A stretch of DNA of 64,000 nt from a candidate division WWE3 bacterium UBA1379. GTDB lineage: Bacteria > Patescibacteriota > WWE3 > UBA101185 > UBA10185. The DNA lies in NCBI GenBank assembly GCA_002305475.1, contig DBRB01000016.1:14002-78001 (forward strand), read 5' to 3'. A model generated the notes under the pieces. It was given only the letters and a program-made list of their open reading frames with translations. It was not told the DNA's origin and did no database searches. Positions within the stretch are counted from its first letter, which is position 1; each line of letters opens with the position of its first letter. Below are positions 18,006-27,625 of this stretch, in pieces. The position numbers and the translations under genes were made by a program.

Positions 18006-19553
18006 TTAACGGACCTTAGGTGTATGATAAAGATCTTTCATACGCCTTCCAAACATCATCCTTGTCTGTGCTTCAACATAGGGTAGGAATGAAAAAGTCA
18101 GTAAATTAATTACCACCATCGGCCCCTCCAGTAATATTAGGAATTTCTTCCAGAAAGGCCAGTCAGACGGAATCGGCCTTGTCAGCCTTCCACGAAATAC
18201 GGATAACGGAACCAACATCAAAAGAGCCATGGTCTGAAGCACACTGATAGTATCAGGAAGATTATAAACAGAGATTGTCTGGCGTACTAACGGATTAACT
18301 AAAGTAATAATCGGTATTCCAAAAGTCATTAAAAACACAAGAGTGATTAAAACTATTTTATTTCTGATGTGACGGTAAATCCAAAGGGTTTTGATGTTTA
18401 CCGGCACCTCCCTATTTTTCATAAATTCCTTCAATGAAATGGGAATGGCAATGGCGCCCCAACCCCAGCGCAGCAGCTGTTTGTACATACTCCTATGACT
18501 CTTCCAGTATGATTCAGACTGCACCGCATCTGCTGAATATGGAATATAGTGGAAAGTGGCTAAAAAGCGACCTTTTCTTTTGAAAAATGCTCTCCAGAAA
18601 AACAGCGTATCATCAATGCCTGTTTCTACATCCCAGAAATCCGCATCAACCACTGTTTGTAAGGTAACAGAATAATTTGCAAAGGTATCTTTTAGTGCAG
18701 GATTTACTACCACAGATTCGGATAAAGTACCCAGACTGACGGAAGTAGCTTCAATTCTCATCAGAGAAGGTACTTCCCATATATTATTGTTGAATAAATG
18801 AAGTGCGGTGGTATAAAAACGGCAGTCACGTTCGGTAGCTGTCAAATAAAGATGAGCAACACGGGCTAAAAATTGTCTGTCTAAAACATGATCAGCATCT
18901 ATAGTACTAAAAAGGTAGTTTCGGATATTTTTCCCGGTATCTTTCAAATGTTCAACCGCATGTTTGCATCCCCATGTTCTATTTGCTCCGGCTACACCTA
19001 CCGCTTCACCCACAATTCCTGCCGGATGTGTATAAAACAGCACTTCATCAAAACATTTAATTTTATCTCCCAGAATACTTCTGATTCTCTCCTCCACTTC
19101 CTTTGCATATTTCTCTTCCATTGTATAAACAAGAACAGTTTTTTTGGTATCAAAATTTTGATTAAGCAACGACTGAATGGAATCGTTTAAAACATTGTAT
19201 GGCTCATTAACTACAGGAATAAGAATAAATTGTCTGAATTTTTCCATGGATTCAGGAAGGGTTTCCTGCTCGGGAAGGGATTTAAGATCAAGCTTATCTA
19301 GCTCGGCTGCCCAGTCAATGGAGTATTCTTTTTTATGACGTGAATAACCGATAAATACTCCCACTGTATGTTTCACTGCCATATAGCACCATAAAACGGT
19401 AAGAAATGTAATGTAATAAATGATGATCTTAGGAGCAATAAGTCCAAGCCAGATAGGAGATAATATTAATAACCAGGTGATCAAGCCTGGCAGAATTTCC
19501 AGCAGACGTCGGATCTGCCTGTCATATTTATCTACAAACGAAGATGTAATCAT
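18006..19553 (-). CDS. Processive-type GT2 glycosyltransferase (membrane-embedded)
   Basis: IDADH, IDD and QLLRWGWG (D,D,D,QxxRW) motifs; TM helices at both ends. Confidence 0.88.
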   Translation of the reverse strand: MITSSFVDKYDRQIRRLLEILPGLITWLLILSPIWLGLIAPKIIIYYITFLTVLWCYMAVKHTVGVFIGYSRHKKEYSIDWAAELDKLDLKSLPEQETLPESMEKFRQFILIPVVNEPYNVLNDSIQSLLNQNFDTKKTVLVYTMEEKYAKEVEERIRSILGDKIKCFDEVLFYTHPAGIVGEAVGVAGANRTWGCKHAVEHLKDTGKNIRNYLFSTIDADHVLDRQFLARVAHLYLTATERDCRFYTTALHLFNNNIWEVPSLMRIEATSVSLGTLSESVVVNPALKDTFANYSVTLQTVVDADFWDVETGIDDTLFFWRAFFKRKGRFLATFHYIPYSADAVQSESYWKSHRSMYKQLLRWGWGAIAIPISLKEFMKNREVPVNIKTLWIYRHIRNKIVLITLVFLMTFGIPIITLVNPLVRQTISVYNLPDTISVLQTMALLMLVPLSVFRGRLTRPIPSDWPFWKKFLILLEGPMVVINLLTFSFLPYVEAQTRMMFGRRMKDLYHTPKVR

Positions 19554-20323
19554 ATATTGAATACACGGGAGGTGTTCTCATAAGAAAGCTTGGCAATCAA
19601 TTCAAACGGCAGTTCTTTCACCTCAGCCACCTTTTGTGCGACTATTTTAACATATTTAGGCTCGTTCTTTTCCCCCCTATGTCCCTGTGGAGGTAAGTAT
19701 GGAGCATCCGTTTCCAATACAAAGTTATCCAGAGAAACGTTTTTTACTACACCCAACAGGCTCTTTCGGGAGGGATAAGTAATCATTCCGGAAAAAGAAA
19801 TAAGAAAATTTAAATTAATAAGTTGTTGGGCAACTTCCCAATCAGATGCAAAACAGTGAGCCACACCTCTCAAATTACCGGTTGAAGAATATTTTTTCAA
19901 AAGCTCAAGCACATATTTATCACCATTACGGTTGTGGATTACTAAAGGTAGATCCTTTTTTATGGCTAGTTTAATCTGGGCTTCAAACAGTTCACATTGA
20001 TCTATTAAAGAACGTTCGTTCTCTCCATCTGCCAGATCAATCCCGCATTCACCGATGGCTACAATTTTAGGAGAGGAATCAATCAAAATTTCTAACTCAT
20101 TTACGATCTCATCAATAGAAATTTCTCTGTCCTCATGAGGATAGACCGCTGCAGTTGACCAGACATTATCGAAATGATTTGCCATAGTCAATGCATCCCT
20201 ACTGTCTTTAAGCGAAGTACCTATATTTATCATTTTTACCACCCCATCAGCTTCTGCGAAATTCACAACCGTTTTTGCTTCATCTAAGTTGTCAGGTAAG
20301 TGGCAATGGGAATCAATTAACAT
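19550..20323 (-). CDS. tatD: TatD family hydrolase
   Basis: IDSHCHL, IGECGID, VIHNR, VAHCF, LETDAPYL. Confidence 0.95.
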   Translation of the reverse strand: MLIDSHCHLPDNLDEAKTVVNFAEADGVVKMINIGTSLKDSRDALTMANHFDNVWSTAAVYPHEDREISIDEIVNELEILIDSSPKIVAIGECGIDLADGENERSLIDQCELFEAQIKLAIKKDLPLVIHNRNGDKYVLELLKKYSSTGNLRGVAHCFASDWEVAQQLINLNFLISFSGMITYPSRKSLLGVVKNVSLDNFVLETDAPYLPPQGHRGEKNEPKYVKIVAQKVAEVKELPFELIAKLSYENTSRVFNI

Positions 20324-20439
20324 TTAATAATTATACCAATGATAACCTATTAAAAACCGTCCTATAGTGTTGACGAGGTGTAGTATCTGCGATAATATTA
20401 CCGCATTCTCACTAGTATTATCCGAAAAAGGAGATGAAC

Positions 20440-20907
20440 ATGAAACGGATAGGATGTATCATATTGGTCGTAATTGCACTTCTTGTAGTTTGGTTTGCTT
20501 GCATATCCACAGGCGCTTTCTCAACAGAGAATAAAAAGGCAATATGGTATAAAACCCTGGATGCGTATGCAATAATCTCCGGGGAATGCGATTCTCACAA
20601 TGTTACGTACATGGGTCACAGAGAATCAAAAAGATTCAACCGTGGTGAAAAAATAACACGCCCCTGTGATCCCCAAGCCACCATGTTCCAAGACAAATCT
20701 GTTACTTATTATGTGAGGGTTGAATCACTATATGATGGTAAAATCTTCCCCCTGGTTATTGCCGAGGATCCTGGTATAAAAGCACAAGCAAAAATTGGGG
20801 TTTGGGAAAGATTACCAATGAATCAATGGTGCGAATTAACCTTTGATAAACCCGGTTTGTTAGACATAAATACCTGTCAGGATGAAATACCGAAACCACC
20901 GTATTGA
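20440..20907 (+). CDS. Hypothetical secreted or membrane-anchored protein
   Basis: Own promoter (TTGACG..GATAAT), SD AAGGAG (spacing favours ATG 20440), N-terminal hydrophobic helix. Confidence 0.65.
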   Translation: MKRIGCIILVVIALLVVWFACISTGAFSTENKKAIWYKTLDAYAIISGECDSHNVTYMGHRESKRFNRGEKITRPCDPQATMFQDKSVTYYVRVESLYDGKIFPLVIAEDPGIKAQAKIGVWERLPMNQWCELTFDKPGLLDINTCQDEIPKPPY

Positions 20908-20915
20908 AAAAGTAC

Positions 20916-20947
20916 AACCAGAGGAATTAAACCCCCTCTGGTTTTTT
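20916..20947. terminator. Intrinsic terminator between the orphan gene and metG
   Basis: AACCAGAGG...CCTCTGGTT followed by a T run. Confidence 0.7.
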
Positions 20948-22386
20948 TATTGAACTTGAATCCGGGGAAACACTGGTTTGGCAGTTTTTATAAAGGAATT
21001 TGAATATTGTTCTTCGATTAGGGACACCGTATTGGGAATAAACGGTTTTAGTAGTTCAATAATACGTCTTAACTCATTTACTTCAGAAGTTAAGACTTCT
21101 CTGAGTTTACCGGGATCCGTAATTTTCCATGGCTCGTTCTCATTAATATGCTTATCCAGGATAGACAGGCAAGCCCAAATATTATGTAATACTTGATCCA
21201 CTCTAAGTTCATCAAAGGGTTTGGCCCAATCTTCTTGCCAGATATTTTCTAAAGGTTTTACCGGAAAATCAAACCCGCTTTTTTCAGCTAGTTTGGCAAT
21301 ACGGGCTACGGTATTTCCTAAACCGTTAGCCAAATCCGCATTATATACTTCAATAAAGTGATTAAGAGAAATATTCACATCTTCTACAATAGGACCGTGC
21401 TTTAAAAAATAGTATCTGACAGCATCCACTCCGTATTTGGTTACAAGTTCATCAGGTCTGATAACATTTCCCCTCGATTTGCTAATTTTTTCACCATCTA
21501 AATTAATAAAACCATGCACATAAATTGTATCCGGAAGCTTATATCCAGCACTTTTCAGCATTGCCGGCCATAACAGAGCATGCCAGCGTGCATTATCCTT
21601 ACCCAGAAAGTGAATGATATAAGTATTATCATCCCAAAATCCGGTCTGATTTCCTGCGGTGTAGTAGTTGATCAAAGCATCAAACCATACATAAATTACA
21701 TGTTCGCTGTCATTTGGTGTTTCTATCCCCCAGGATACTTTGTATTTCGGACGGGATACCGGAATATCCTCCAAACCGTTTCTAACAAACGCAATCATTT
21801 CTTTTCTTTTACCCTCCGGCATAACAAAGGTTAGACTGTTTAACAACTCAAGCAAAAAATCAGAATACTTACTCCATCTGAAAAAGTAGTTTTCTTCCTC
21901 CAGTTTCTGAATCTTTCTAGTGGGGTGCAAAAGACATTGACCTTCTTCATTTAATTCCGAGATGGTCTTGTGTGCTTCACATCCTTCACAATACAACCCT
22001 TCATACTTGCTTTTGTATATATCCCCATTCTCCAAAACTTTTGAGAAAAATTCCTGAGCTGTCTTTTGATGATCGACATCTGTTGTTCTAATAAATCTAT
22101 TGTATGAAATGTTTAGGCTATCAAGTTGAGCACGGTCTTTTTCGGATACCTCCGTCACAAAATCCAATGGAGAAATACCCTTTGTTTCTGCAGCTTTTTC
22201 ACTGGTACTGCCGAATTCATCAGTTCCTGTTAATAAATATACGTTACTCTCACCTTTTACCAGACGCTGAAATCGGGCAACACAATCCGCCAACACTTTC
22301 TGGTAAGCGTGTCCGATATGAATTACATCGTTTGTATAGTCTATTGCTGTTGTAACTAATGTTTTCTTCTTATCAAATACAGACAT
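20947..22386 (-). CDS. metG: Methionine--tRNA ligase (no C-terminal Trbp domain)
   Basis: HIGH, GTDE, CEGCE knuckle, YVWFDAL, KISKS. Confidence 0.96.
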   Translation of the reverse strand: MSVFDKKKTLVTTAIDYTNDVIHIGHAYQKVLADCVARFQRLVKGESNVYLLTGTDEFGSTSEKAAETKGISPLDFVTEVSEKDRAQLDSLNISYNRFIRTTDVDHQKTAQEFFSKVLENGDIYKSKYEGLYCEGCEAHKTISELNEEGQCLLHPTRKIQKLEEENYFFRWSKYSDFLLELLNSLTFVMPEGKRKEMIAFVRNGLEDIPVSRPKYKVSWGIETPNDSEHVIYVWFDALINYYTAGNQTGFWDDNTYIIHFLGKDNARWHALLWPAMLKSAGYKLPDTIYVHGFINLDGEKISKSRGNVIRPDELVTKYGVDAVRYYFLKHGPIVEDVNISLNHFIEVYNADLANGLGNTVARIAKLAEKSGFDFPVKPLENIWQEDWAKPFDELRVDQVLHNIWACLSILDKHINENEPWKITDPGKLREVLTSEVNELRRIIELLKPFIPNTVSLIEEQYSNSFIKTAKPVFPRIQVQ

Positions 22387-22447
22387 ATTGGGATTTTAAC
22401 ACTAACATTAATAAACATCTATCACTACAAAGGGAGTACATTGAGCG

Positions 22448-22810
22448 TTATCTTTTACTTCTCAGCTGAAGATAAAGGGCATAGTAAAAAACGGCAAACA
22501 GTAGCAAATTAATGATGTGGTAAATATTCAAGGCTTTCATACCTAAAACAAAAACAATACCGAAACTGCTAAAAAATCCCCACTTTAAACCCCTGCGGTA
22601 TAACAGTCTCAGGTTGGTAAATGAAGGGGCTTTTTTATATAACCTAAAATAAAATAGTACGGATAAAGTTATTCCCAGAGAAACAAACAAAAGAAAAAGA
22701 AAAGTTAGAATGTTAGTCAGAGTTGCCGGTTTAGTAGTATTAATCCAGTGAATCGTATACCACCACAAAGCGGCGTTTAGCACCAACACGGTATATAAGA
22801 ACTTAGGCAT
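22448..22810 (-). CDS. Hypothetical membrane protein (4 TM helices)
   Basis: Hydrophobic 120-aa ORF; extended -10 just upstream. Confidence 0.7.
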   Translation of the reverse strand: MPKFLYTVLVLNAALWWYTIHWINTTKPATLTNILTFLFLLFVSLGITLSVLFYFRLYKKAPSFTNLRLLYRRGLKWGFFSSFGIVFVLGMKALNIYHIINLLLFAVFYYALYLQLRSKR

Positions 22811-22897
22811 ACCTAGATTTTATCATTAGAATAAGTAATAAGTTAATTAACAATTAATATTTTCTGAAGTTTTTTAAGTATCTGATACAATACACCC

Positions 22898-23968
22898 ATG
22901 ACCGCCCAATCTATTATCCTAATACTACTGATTCTTGGAGCTGCAATATCTTTTATCTTCTATTTCTTTAGTACTCAAATGAAAAAACTAAAAGAAGAAT
23001 TAAAGGGTGGATCGGATACGGTACTGATGGAATGGTTGAAAGAAATGAAGAGCCAGGTAGAAAAAAGCACCACCACCATGGAAACCCAACTTAGAGATCA
23101 AAGAACAACCATGGAACAACAATTAAAGAGCCAAAGAGATGCCCTAAACCAGCAGACAAAACTGATTTGGGAACGTCTGGATAATGCCAGTGAAGTTATT
23201 AAAGGAGTTCAGCACCAGCTCGGAGGAATCCAGGAATTCGGAAAAGATATCAAAGATTTAAGTAGCATTTTAAAATCACCAAAACTTCGAGGTGGTCTGG
23301 GAGAACAATTTTTATATGATATTCTTGCAAACGCCCTACCTCAAGATATGTTTAAAACCCAATACAAGTTTAAGAATGGTGCCACTTGTGATGCCGTAAT
23401 CATGACCGATAAAGGCATTATACCGGTGGATTCCAAATTTCCTATGGAAAACTTTAAAGCCATGCTTGACTGCAATAATGATGCAGAGAGGGATAAATTC
23501 AAAAAAATATTTATTAGCGATGTAAAGAAGCGAATAGATGAAATTTCTGGCAAATATATTCTTCCTGAGGAACACACTACCGAACAGGCAGTTATGTATG
23601 TTCCTTCGGAAAAAGTATTTTATGAACTGGTAGTCAATTCTCCTCAGATTGAAGAATACAGCAAAGCCAAAAACGTAGTTATGGCATCCCCGAATACATT
23701 CTCCTATTTTGTAAAAATCATTCTGGTTGCATATCAGCAAAAAAGTCTGGAAAAACATGCCGGGGAAATCTTAAAAGCACTTTCAGGTATAAAAGTGGAA
23801 GCGGAAAAATTTGATGAAGACCTAGGAGTCCTGGATAGACACATTACTAATTCATATAAATCAATGGACAACATCAAAAGCAAGTTCGGTAGACTGTTTG
23901 GAAAAATTGAGAGTGCCCAAGCACTGGATGATCAGAAAGAAACAGAACAGGCGCGACTTCTGGAATAA
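22898..23968 (+). CDS. rmuC: DNA recombination protein RmuC
   Basis: N-terminal TM, coiled coil, PKLRGGLGE, PVDSKFP, KYILP..T..AVMYVPSE. Confidence 0.92.
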   Translation: MTAQSIILILLILGAAISFIFYFFSTQMKKLKEELKGGSDTVLMEWLKEMKSQVEKSTTTMETQLRDQRTTMEQQLKSQRDALNQQTKLIWERLDNASEVIKGVQHQLGGIQEFGKDIKDLSSILKSPKLRGGLGEQFLYDILANALPQDMFKTQYKFKNGATCDAVIMTDKGIIPVDSKFPMENFKAMLDCNNDAERDKFKKIFISDVKKRIDEISGKYILPEEHTTEQAVMYVPSEKVFYELVVNSPQIEEYSKAKNVVMASPNTFSYFVKIILVAYQQKSLEKHAGEILKALSGIKVEAEKFDEDLGVLDRHITNSYKSMDNIKSKFGRLFGKIESAQALDDQKETEQARLLE

Positions 23969-24013
23969 TAGGGATAAACCTAGATTCACTTCTTTTCATG
24001 TTTTAAATACAAT

Positions 24014-24050
24014 AAAAAAGATGCCCCTAGAAAAAGTATTTTCCGGGGCA
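24014..24050 (-). terminator. Terminator downstream of the small-peptide pair
   Basis: TGCCCC..GGGGCA stem with a T run on the minus strand. Confidence 0.6.
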
Positions 24051-24070
24051 CCACATGCGGTCAGTTGGTA

Positions 24071-24160
24071 TTATTCTTGCTTGTTTCTAAAAGTCAGCAG
24101 GCTAAGCAGTACGCCCAAAATTACCAGAGCTATTAGGGCAATTACTACGTAAACATCCAT
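24071..24160 (-). CDS. 29-aa single-TM micropeptide MDVYVVIALIALVILGVLLSLLTFRNKQE
   Basis: Manual translation; SD GGAGG overlaps the upstream stop. Confidence 0.6.
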   Translation of the reverse strand: MDVYVVIALIALVILGVLLSLLTFRNKQE

Positions 24161-24169
24161 CTTATCCTC

Positions 24170-24313
24170 CTATGATTTCTTCAAATGCTCACGGGTCAGG
24201 TATATAACAACTAATATCAGAACCACAACGATGATAGCCACAACAAATTCCATTTTGTCGTTGTATTTAGCGTCTGATTGAACAACTAATAAAAGGGATA
24301 ATATAAAATTCAT
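24170..24313 (-). CDS. 47-aa membrane micropeptide MNFILSLLLVVQSDAKYNDKMEFVVAIIVVVLILVVIYLTREHLKKS
   Basis: Manual translation; SD GAAGGAG upstream. Confidence 0.6.
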   Translation of the reverse strand: MNFILSLLLVVQSDAKYNDKMEFVVAIIVVVLILVVIYLTREHLKKS

Positions 24314-24392
24314 TAATGTCTCCTTCCCGCTATACCTACCTTATAGTACTTACCATTTTAGCATTTCTTTAATAAAAATGTATAATGCACCC

Positions 24393-27302
24393 ATGCCCAA
24401 AAAAGCAAAGACTGATAAAAACGCCAAAGGATCCATACAACTTAATGAGAATCAGTTAAAAGCAGTAGAACATTCCAACGGACCTCTGCTGGTTGTTGCA
24501 GGAGCAGGAACAGGAAAAACAAGAGTTATCACCGAAAGAATTAAATATCTAATCGAAGAAAATAATATTAAACCTCAGGAAATTCTGGCCCTTACCTTTA
24601 CGGAAAAAGCCGCAGGGGAAATGCTTGATCGTGTAGGTGATATTATGCCTTTAGGTTATGAAGAGCCCTGGATTTATACCTTCCATTCATTTGCAGATAG
24701 AATATTAAAGACAGAGGGACTGGAAATTGGGCTAGATACTTCATATAAAATTCTTTCCGAACCGGATCAGTGGCTTTTATTCAGGCACAATCTTTTTCAA
24801 TTTGATCTTCACTATTATCGTCCGCTCGGTAATCCCACAAAATTCATCTCAGCAATCTTAAAACTTATCTCCCGACTACACGATGAAAATATCGGTCCGG
24901 AGGAATTCATGCATTTTGCCCAAACATATCATGGAATAGATGAATCGGAAGTAGTGAACCAAACAGAAAAAGAAAAATGGCTGGAACTGGCCAGGGTATA
25001 TCAACAGTATCAGGATCTTAAGCTGGAAAAATCAAAAATGGACTTCGGGGATCTTATAACCTGGACTATTAAACTCTTTAAAGAACGTCCCAATATTCTG
25101 GAAAAATATCAGTCGAAATTTAAGCATGTGCTGGTGGATGAATTCCAGGATACCAACTTCAGCCAGTATGAGCTGATTAAAATCCTATGTCCCAATGACG
25201 GTCTAACCGACCGTTCATTAATTGTTGTCGGTGATGATTCCCAGGCAATATATAAATTCAGAGGAGCAGCGGTATCAAATATTCTGGATTTCAGGGAAGA
25301 CTACAAAGACGCAGAGATGGTTACACTTACGGAAAACTACCGTTCTGTTCAACCCATACTGGATGCATCCTATAAACTGATTCAGAATAATAATCCGGAT
25401 ACTCTGGAAGTAAAGCTGGGAATATCCAAAAAACTAATCAGCAAAAGCGACTTGCAGCCAATAAAACCGCTTGCTCTTCAGACTTCAACTATCGAGGATG
25501 AAGTCGAACTGGTAGTACATAAAATATTTGAAATCCTTGGTAAGGAACCGTTGTACAAATACAAAGATGTTGCTGTTTTAGCCAGAGCAAACAATCATCT
25601 GGAACCTTTCGTTCTGGCATTTAGAAAATTTGGGATACCCTATCAGCTTTTGGGAAACAGAGGGCTTTATGACCGGGAAGAAATCAGAGATATTATGGCT
25701 TTGTTGAAAGTGCTGATCAATCCTCTGGATACTATCAGTTTATACAGAGTGCTTAATATTGATGTGTTGAATATTCCTCAGGAAGAAATTACAAAAATGC
25801 TGGCTTCCGCCAGATATCGAAAATTAGACTTATGGACAGTACTAAAAGAAAACAAACAAGAAAACGTTCAACAGTTGTATAAAAAAATTACTGATTTCCA
25901 GGACCAGATTACAAAATCTACTCCGGTAGAAATTGTCTACAATCTGGTGAGCTCAATTAACTACATTTCCCAGTTTGTAAATAATGAGTCAGTTGAAGCC
26001 CAATTATCCATCAAAAATATGGATCTTTTTCTTAACCGGGTAAAAGCTTTTGAAATCGATTACCGTTCAGATAATAAAATGACTCCAACTTTAGTGGATT
26101 TTATTGAATATATCGAGCTGATGATAGAAGCCGGTGAAAACCCCGCCCAGGCAGAAGCAGAAGATATTGATACCGTAAAACTTCTCACAGTACACTCTTC
26201 AAAAGGATTGGAATTTCCGATTGTCTTTATGGTTTCTCTCACAGGAGACCGATTCCCTACCAGAGAACGTAGAGATGCTATTGAAATCCCAGATGAATTA
26301 ATACAGGAAACTCTTCCTACCGGAAATGAGCATACACAGGAGGAACGCAGATTATTTTATGTAGGAATGACTAGGGCACAGAAATATCTTTTTATGACCG
26401 TATCCAAAAACTACGGCGGAAAACGCGACAAAAACCCCAGCGGATTTATCCCTGAAACAGGACTGAAACTGGAAGAAGTAGATCTTGAACAAATTAGAAA
26501 AGAAAGACCGCAGAAGAGTCTTTTTGATCAGGACAGCGGCTTTCGGGAAGCAAAAGCACAAAAAATTGATAATTTCACACCATCTTTTTTAAGCTATACA
26601 CAAATCTCCACTTATCTGGAATGCCCGTTAAAATACAAATATTCCTACGTTCTAAATATTCCAACACCTCCTAATGCCGCTTTAAGTTTTGGATCAACTA
26701 TTCACGATACACTAAGAGATTTTCATACCAAACTGATGTTTGATAAAGTCTGTACCTTGGAAGATCTAATGAAAATGTATGAACGCAACTGGCAGCCTTT
26801 GGGATTTATAAATGAGGGACATCGGAAAGCATTTTTTGATAGCGGAGTAAAACTTCTTACGAATTATTATGAGAAAAACATTAACAGTAAGTGCAAACCT
26901 CTGGAAATTGAAAAAGGATTTAATATCAAAATTGACGGACTGAGATTTTATGGAAGAATAGACAGAATTGATCCTTTGGAAGACGGAACCGTAGAAATCA
27001 TTGATTACAAAACAGGAAATCCAAAATCTCAAAAAGAAGTAGATAATGATGATCAGGTTTCTTTTTACGCAATCGGGGCAGAAGAAGCATTAAATCTTAA
27101 ACCGAAGAAATTGTCATTATATTACGTAGAATCAGGAGAAAAAGTCACCACCACCAGAACACCCGAAGAATTAAAAGCTAAAAAAGAACAGGTTAAGGAA
27201 GTAATAGCAAAAATAAAATCCGGTGCTTTTGAATCCAAACCGGGTATGCACTGCAAACGGTGTGATTACAGAGAAATATGCCCATATGCCTGGAAAGAAT
27301 AA
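24393..27302 (+). CDS. UvrD/PcrA-family helicase with C-terminal PD-(D/E)XK RecB-type nuclease (AddA/AdnAB-like)
   Basis: AGAGTGKT, VDEFQD, HSSKGLEF, EERRLFYV; GRIDRID..IIDYKTG; Cys in ECPLKY and CKRCDYREIC; TATAAT supports ATG 24393. Confidence 0.92.
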   Translation: MPKKAKTDKNAKGSIQLNENQLKAVEHSNGPLLVVAGAGTGKTRVITERIKYLIEENNIKPQEILALTFTEKAAGEMLDRVGDIMPLGYEEPWIYTFHSFADRILKTEGLEIGLDTSYKILSEPDQWLLFRHNLFQFDLHYYRPLGNPTKFISAILKLISRLHDENIGPEEFMHFAQTYHGIDESEVVNQTEKEKWLELARVYQQYQDLKLEKSKMDFGDLITWTIKLFKERPNILEKYQSKFKHVLVDEFQDTNFSQYELIKILCPNDGLTDRSLIVVGDDSQAIYKFRGAAVSNILDFREDYKDAEMVTLTENYRSVQPILDASYKLIQNNNPDTLEVKLGISKKLISKSDLQPIKPLALQTSTIEDEVELVVHKIFEILGKEPLYKYKDVAVLARANNHLEPFVLAFRKFGIPYQLLGNRGLYDREEIRDIMALLKVLINPLDTISLYRVLNIDVLNIPQEEITKMLASARYRKLDLWTVLKENKQENVQQLYKKITDFQDQITKSTPVEIVYNLVSSINYISQFVNNESVEAQLSIKNMDLFLNRVKAFEIDYRSDNKMTPTLVDFIEYIELMIEAGENPAQAEAEDIDTVKLLTVHSSKGLEFPIVFMVSLTGDRFPTRERRDAIEIPDELIQETLPTGNEHTQEERRLFYVGMTRAQKYLFMTVSKNYGGKRDKNPSGFIPETGLKLEEVDLEQIRKERPQKSLFDQDSGFREAKAQKIDNFTPSFLSYTQISTYLECPLKYKYSYVLNIPTPPNAALSFGSTIHDTLRDFHTKLMFDKVCTLEDLMKMYERNWQPLGFINEGHRKAFFDSGVKLLTNYYEKNINSKCKPLEIEKGFNIKIDGLRFYGRIDRIDPLEDGTVEIIDYKTGNPKSQKEVDNDDQVSFYAIGAEEALNLKPKKLSLYYVESGEKVTTTRTPEELKAKKEQVKEVIAKIKSGAFESKPGMHCKRCDYREICPYAWKE

Positions 27303-27303
27303 A

Positions 27304-27339
27304 ACGGGTAGTAAACAAAGCATATTGTCCACTACCCGT
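27304..27339 (-). terminator. 15-bp stem-loop terminator for the small Cys/His-rich gene
   Basis: ACGGGTAGT..ACTACCCGT; two A-C mismatches become G-U on -, followed by TTTATT. Confidence 0.65.
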
Positions 27340-27385
27340 ATTGGTATTCCAAATCCCCCAGTGTTTTCATGTCTAATGGAAGTTT

Positions 27386-27556
27386 TTATGTCCACACACA
27401 CTCATCTTGAACTTCCCCTAAAGGATGTTCAGAAGGTTTCTTCCCACAGCAGTGCTCAGCCATCATCCTTTCTGCAACTTCTTTGGCTTCGCTAGGCGTA
27501 TCACCGTATCCAGAAATCTCTTCCTCACAGACAGTGCATTTTATAGTGAATTTCAT
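27386..27556 (-). CDS. 56-aa putative zinc-binding protein MKFTIKCTVCEEEISGYGDTPSEAKEVAERMMAEHCCGKKPSEHPLGEVQDECVWT
   Basis: Manual translation; SD GGAGG; TGaTATAAT upstream; CxxC...HCC...H. Confidence 0.7.
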   Translation of the reverse strand: MKFTIKCTVCEEEISGYGDTPSEAKEVAERMMAEHCCGKKPSEHPLGEVQDECVWT

Positions 27557-27625
27557 TTCCTTCCTCCATGTAGATATGTTGGATAAGAGATGGGACCTAA
27601 ATTATATCAAATAATACACACATAT

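Noticed and set aside
27171-27495. 76-aa and 90-aa track ORFs at the end of the helicase gene
   Set aside because: They overlap the helicase end, the terminator and the better-supported 56-aa gene
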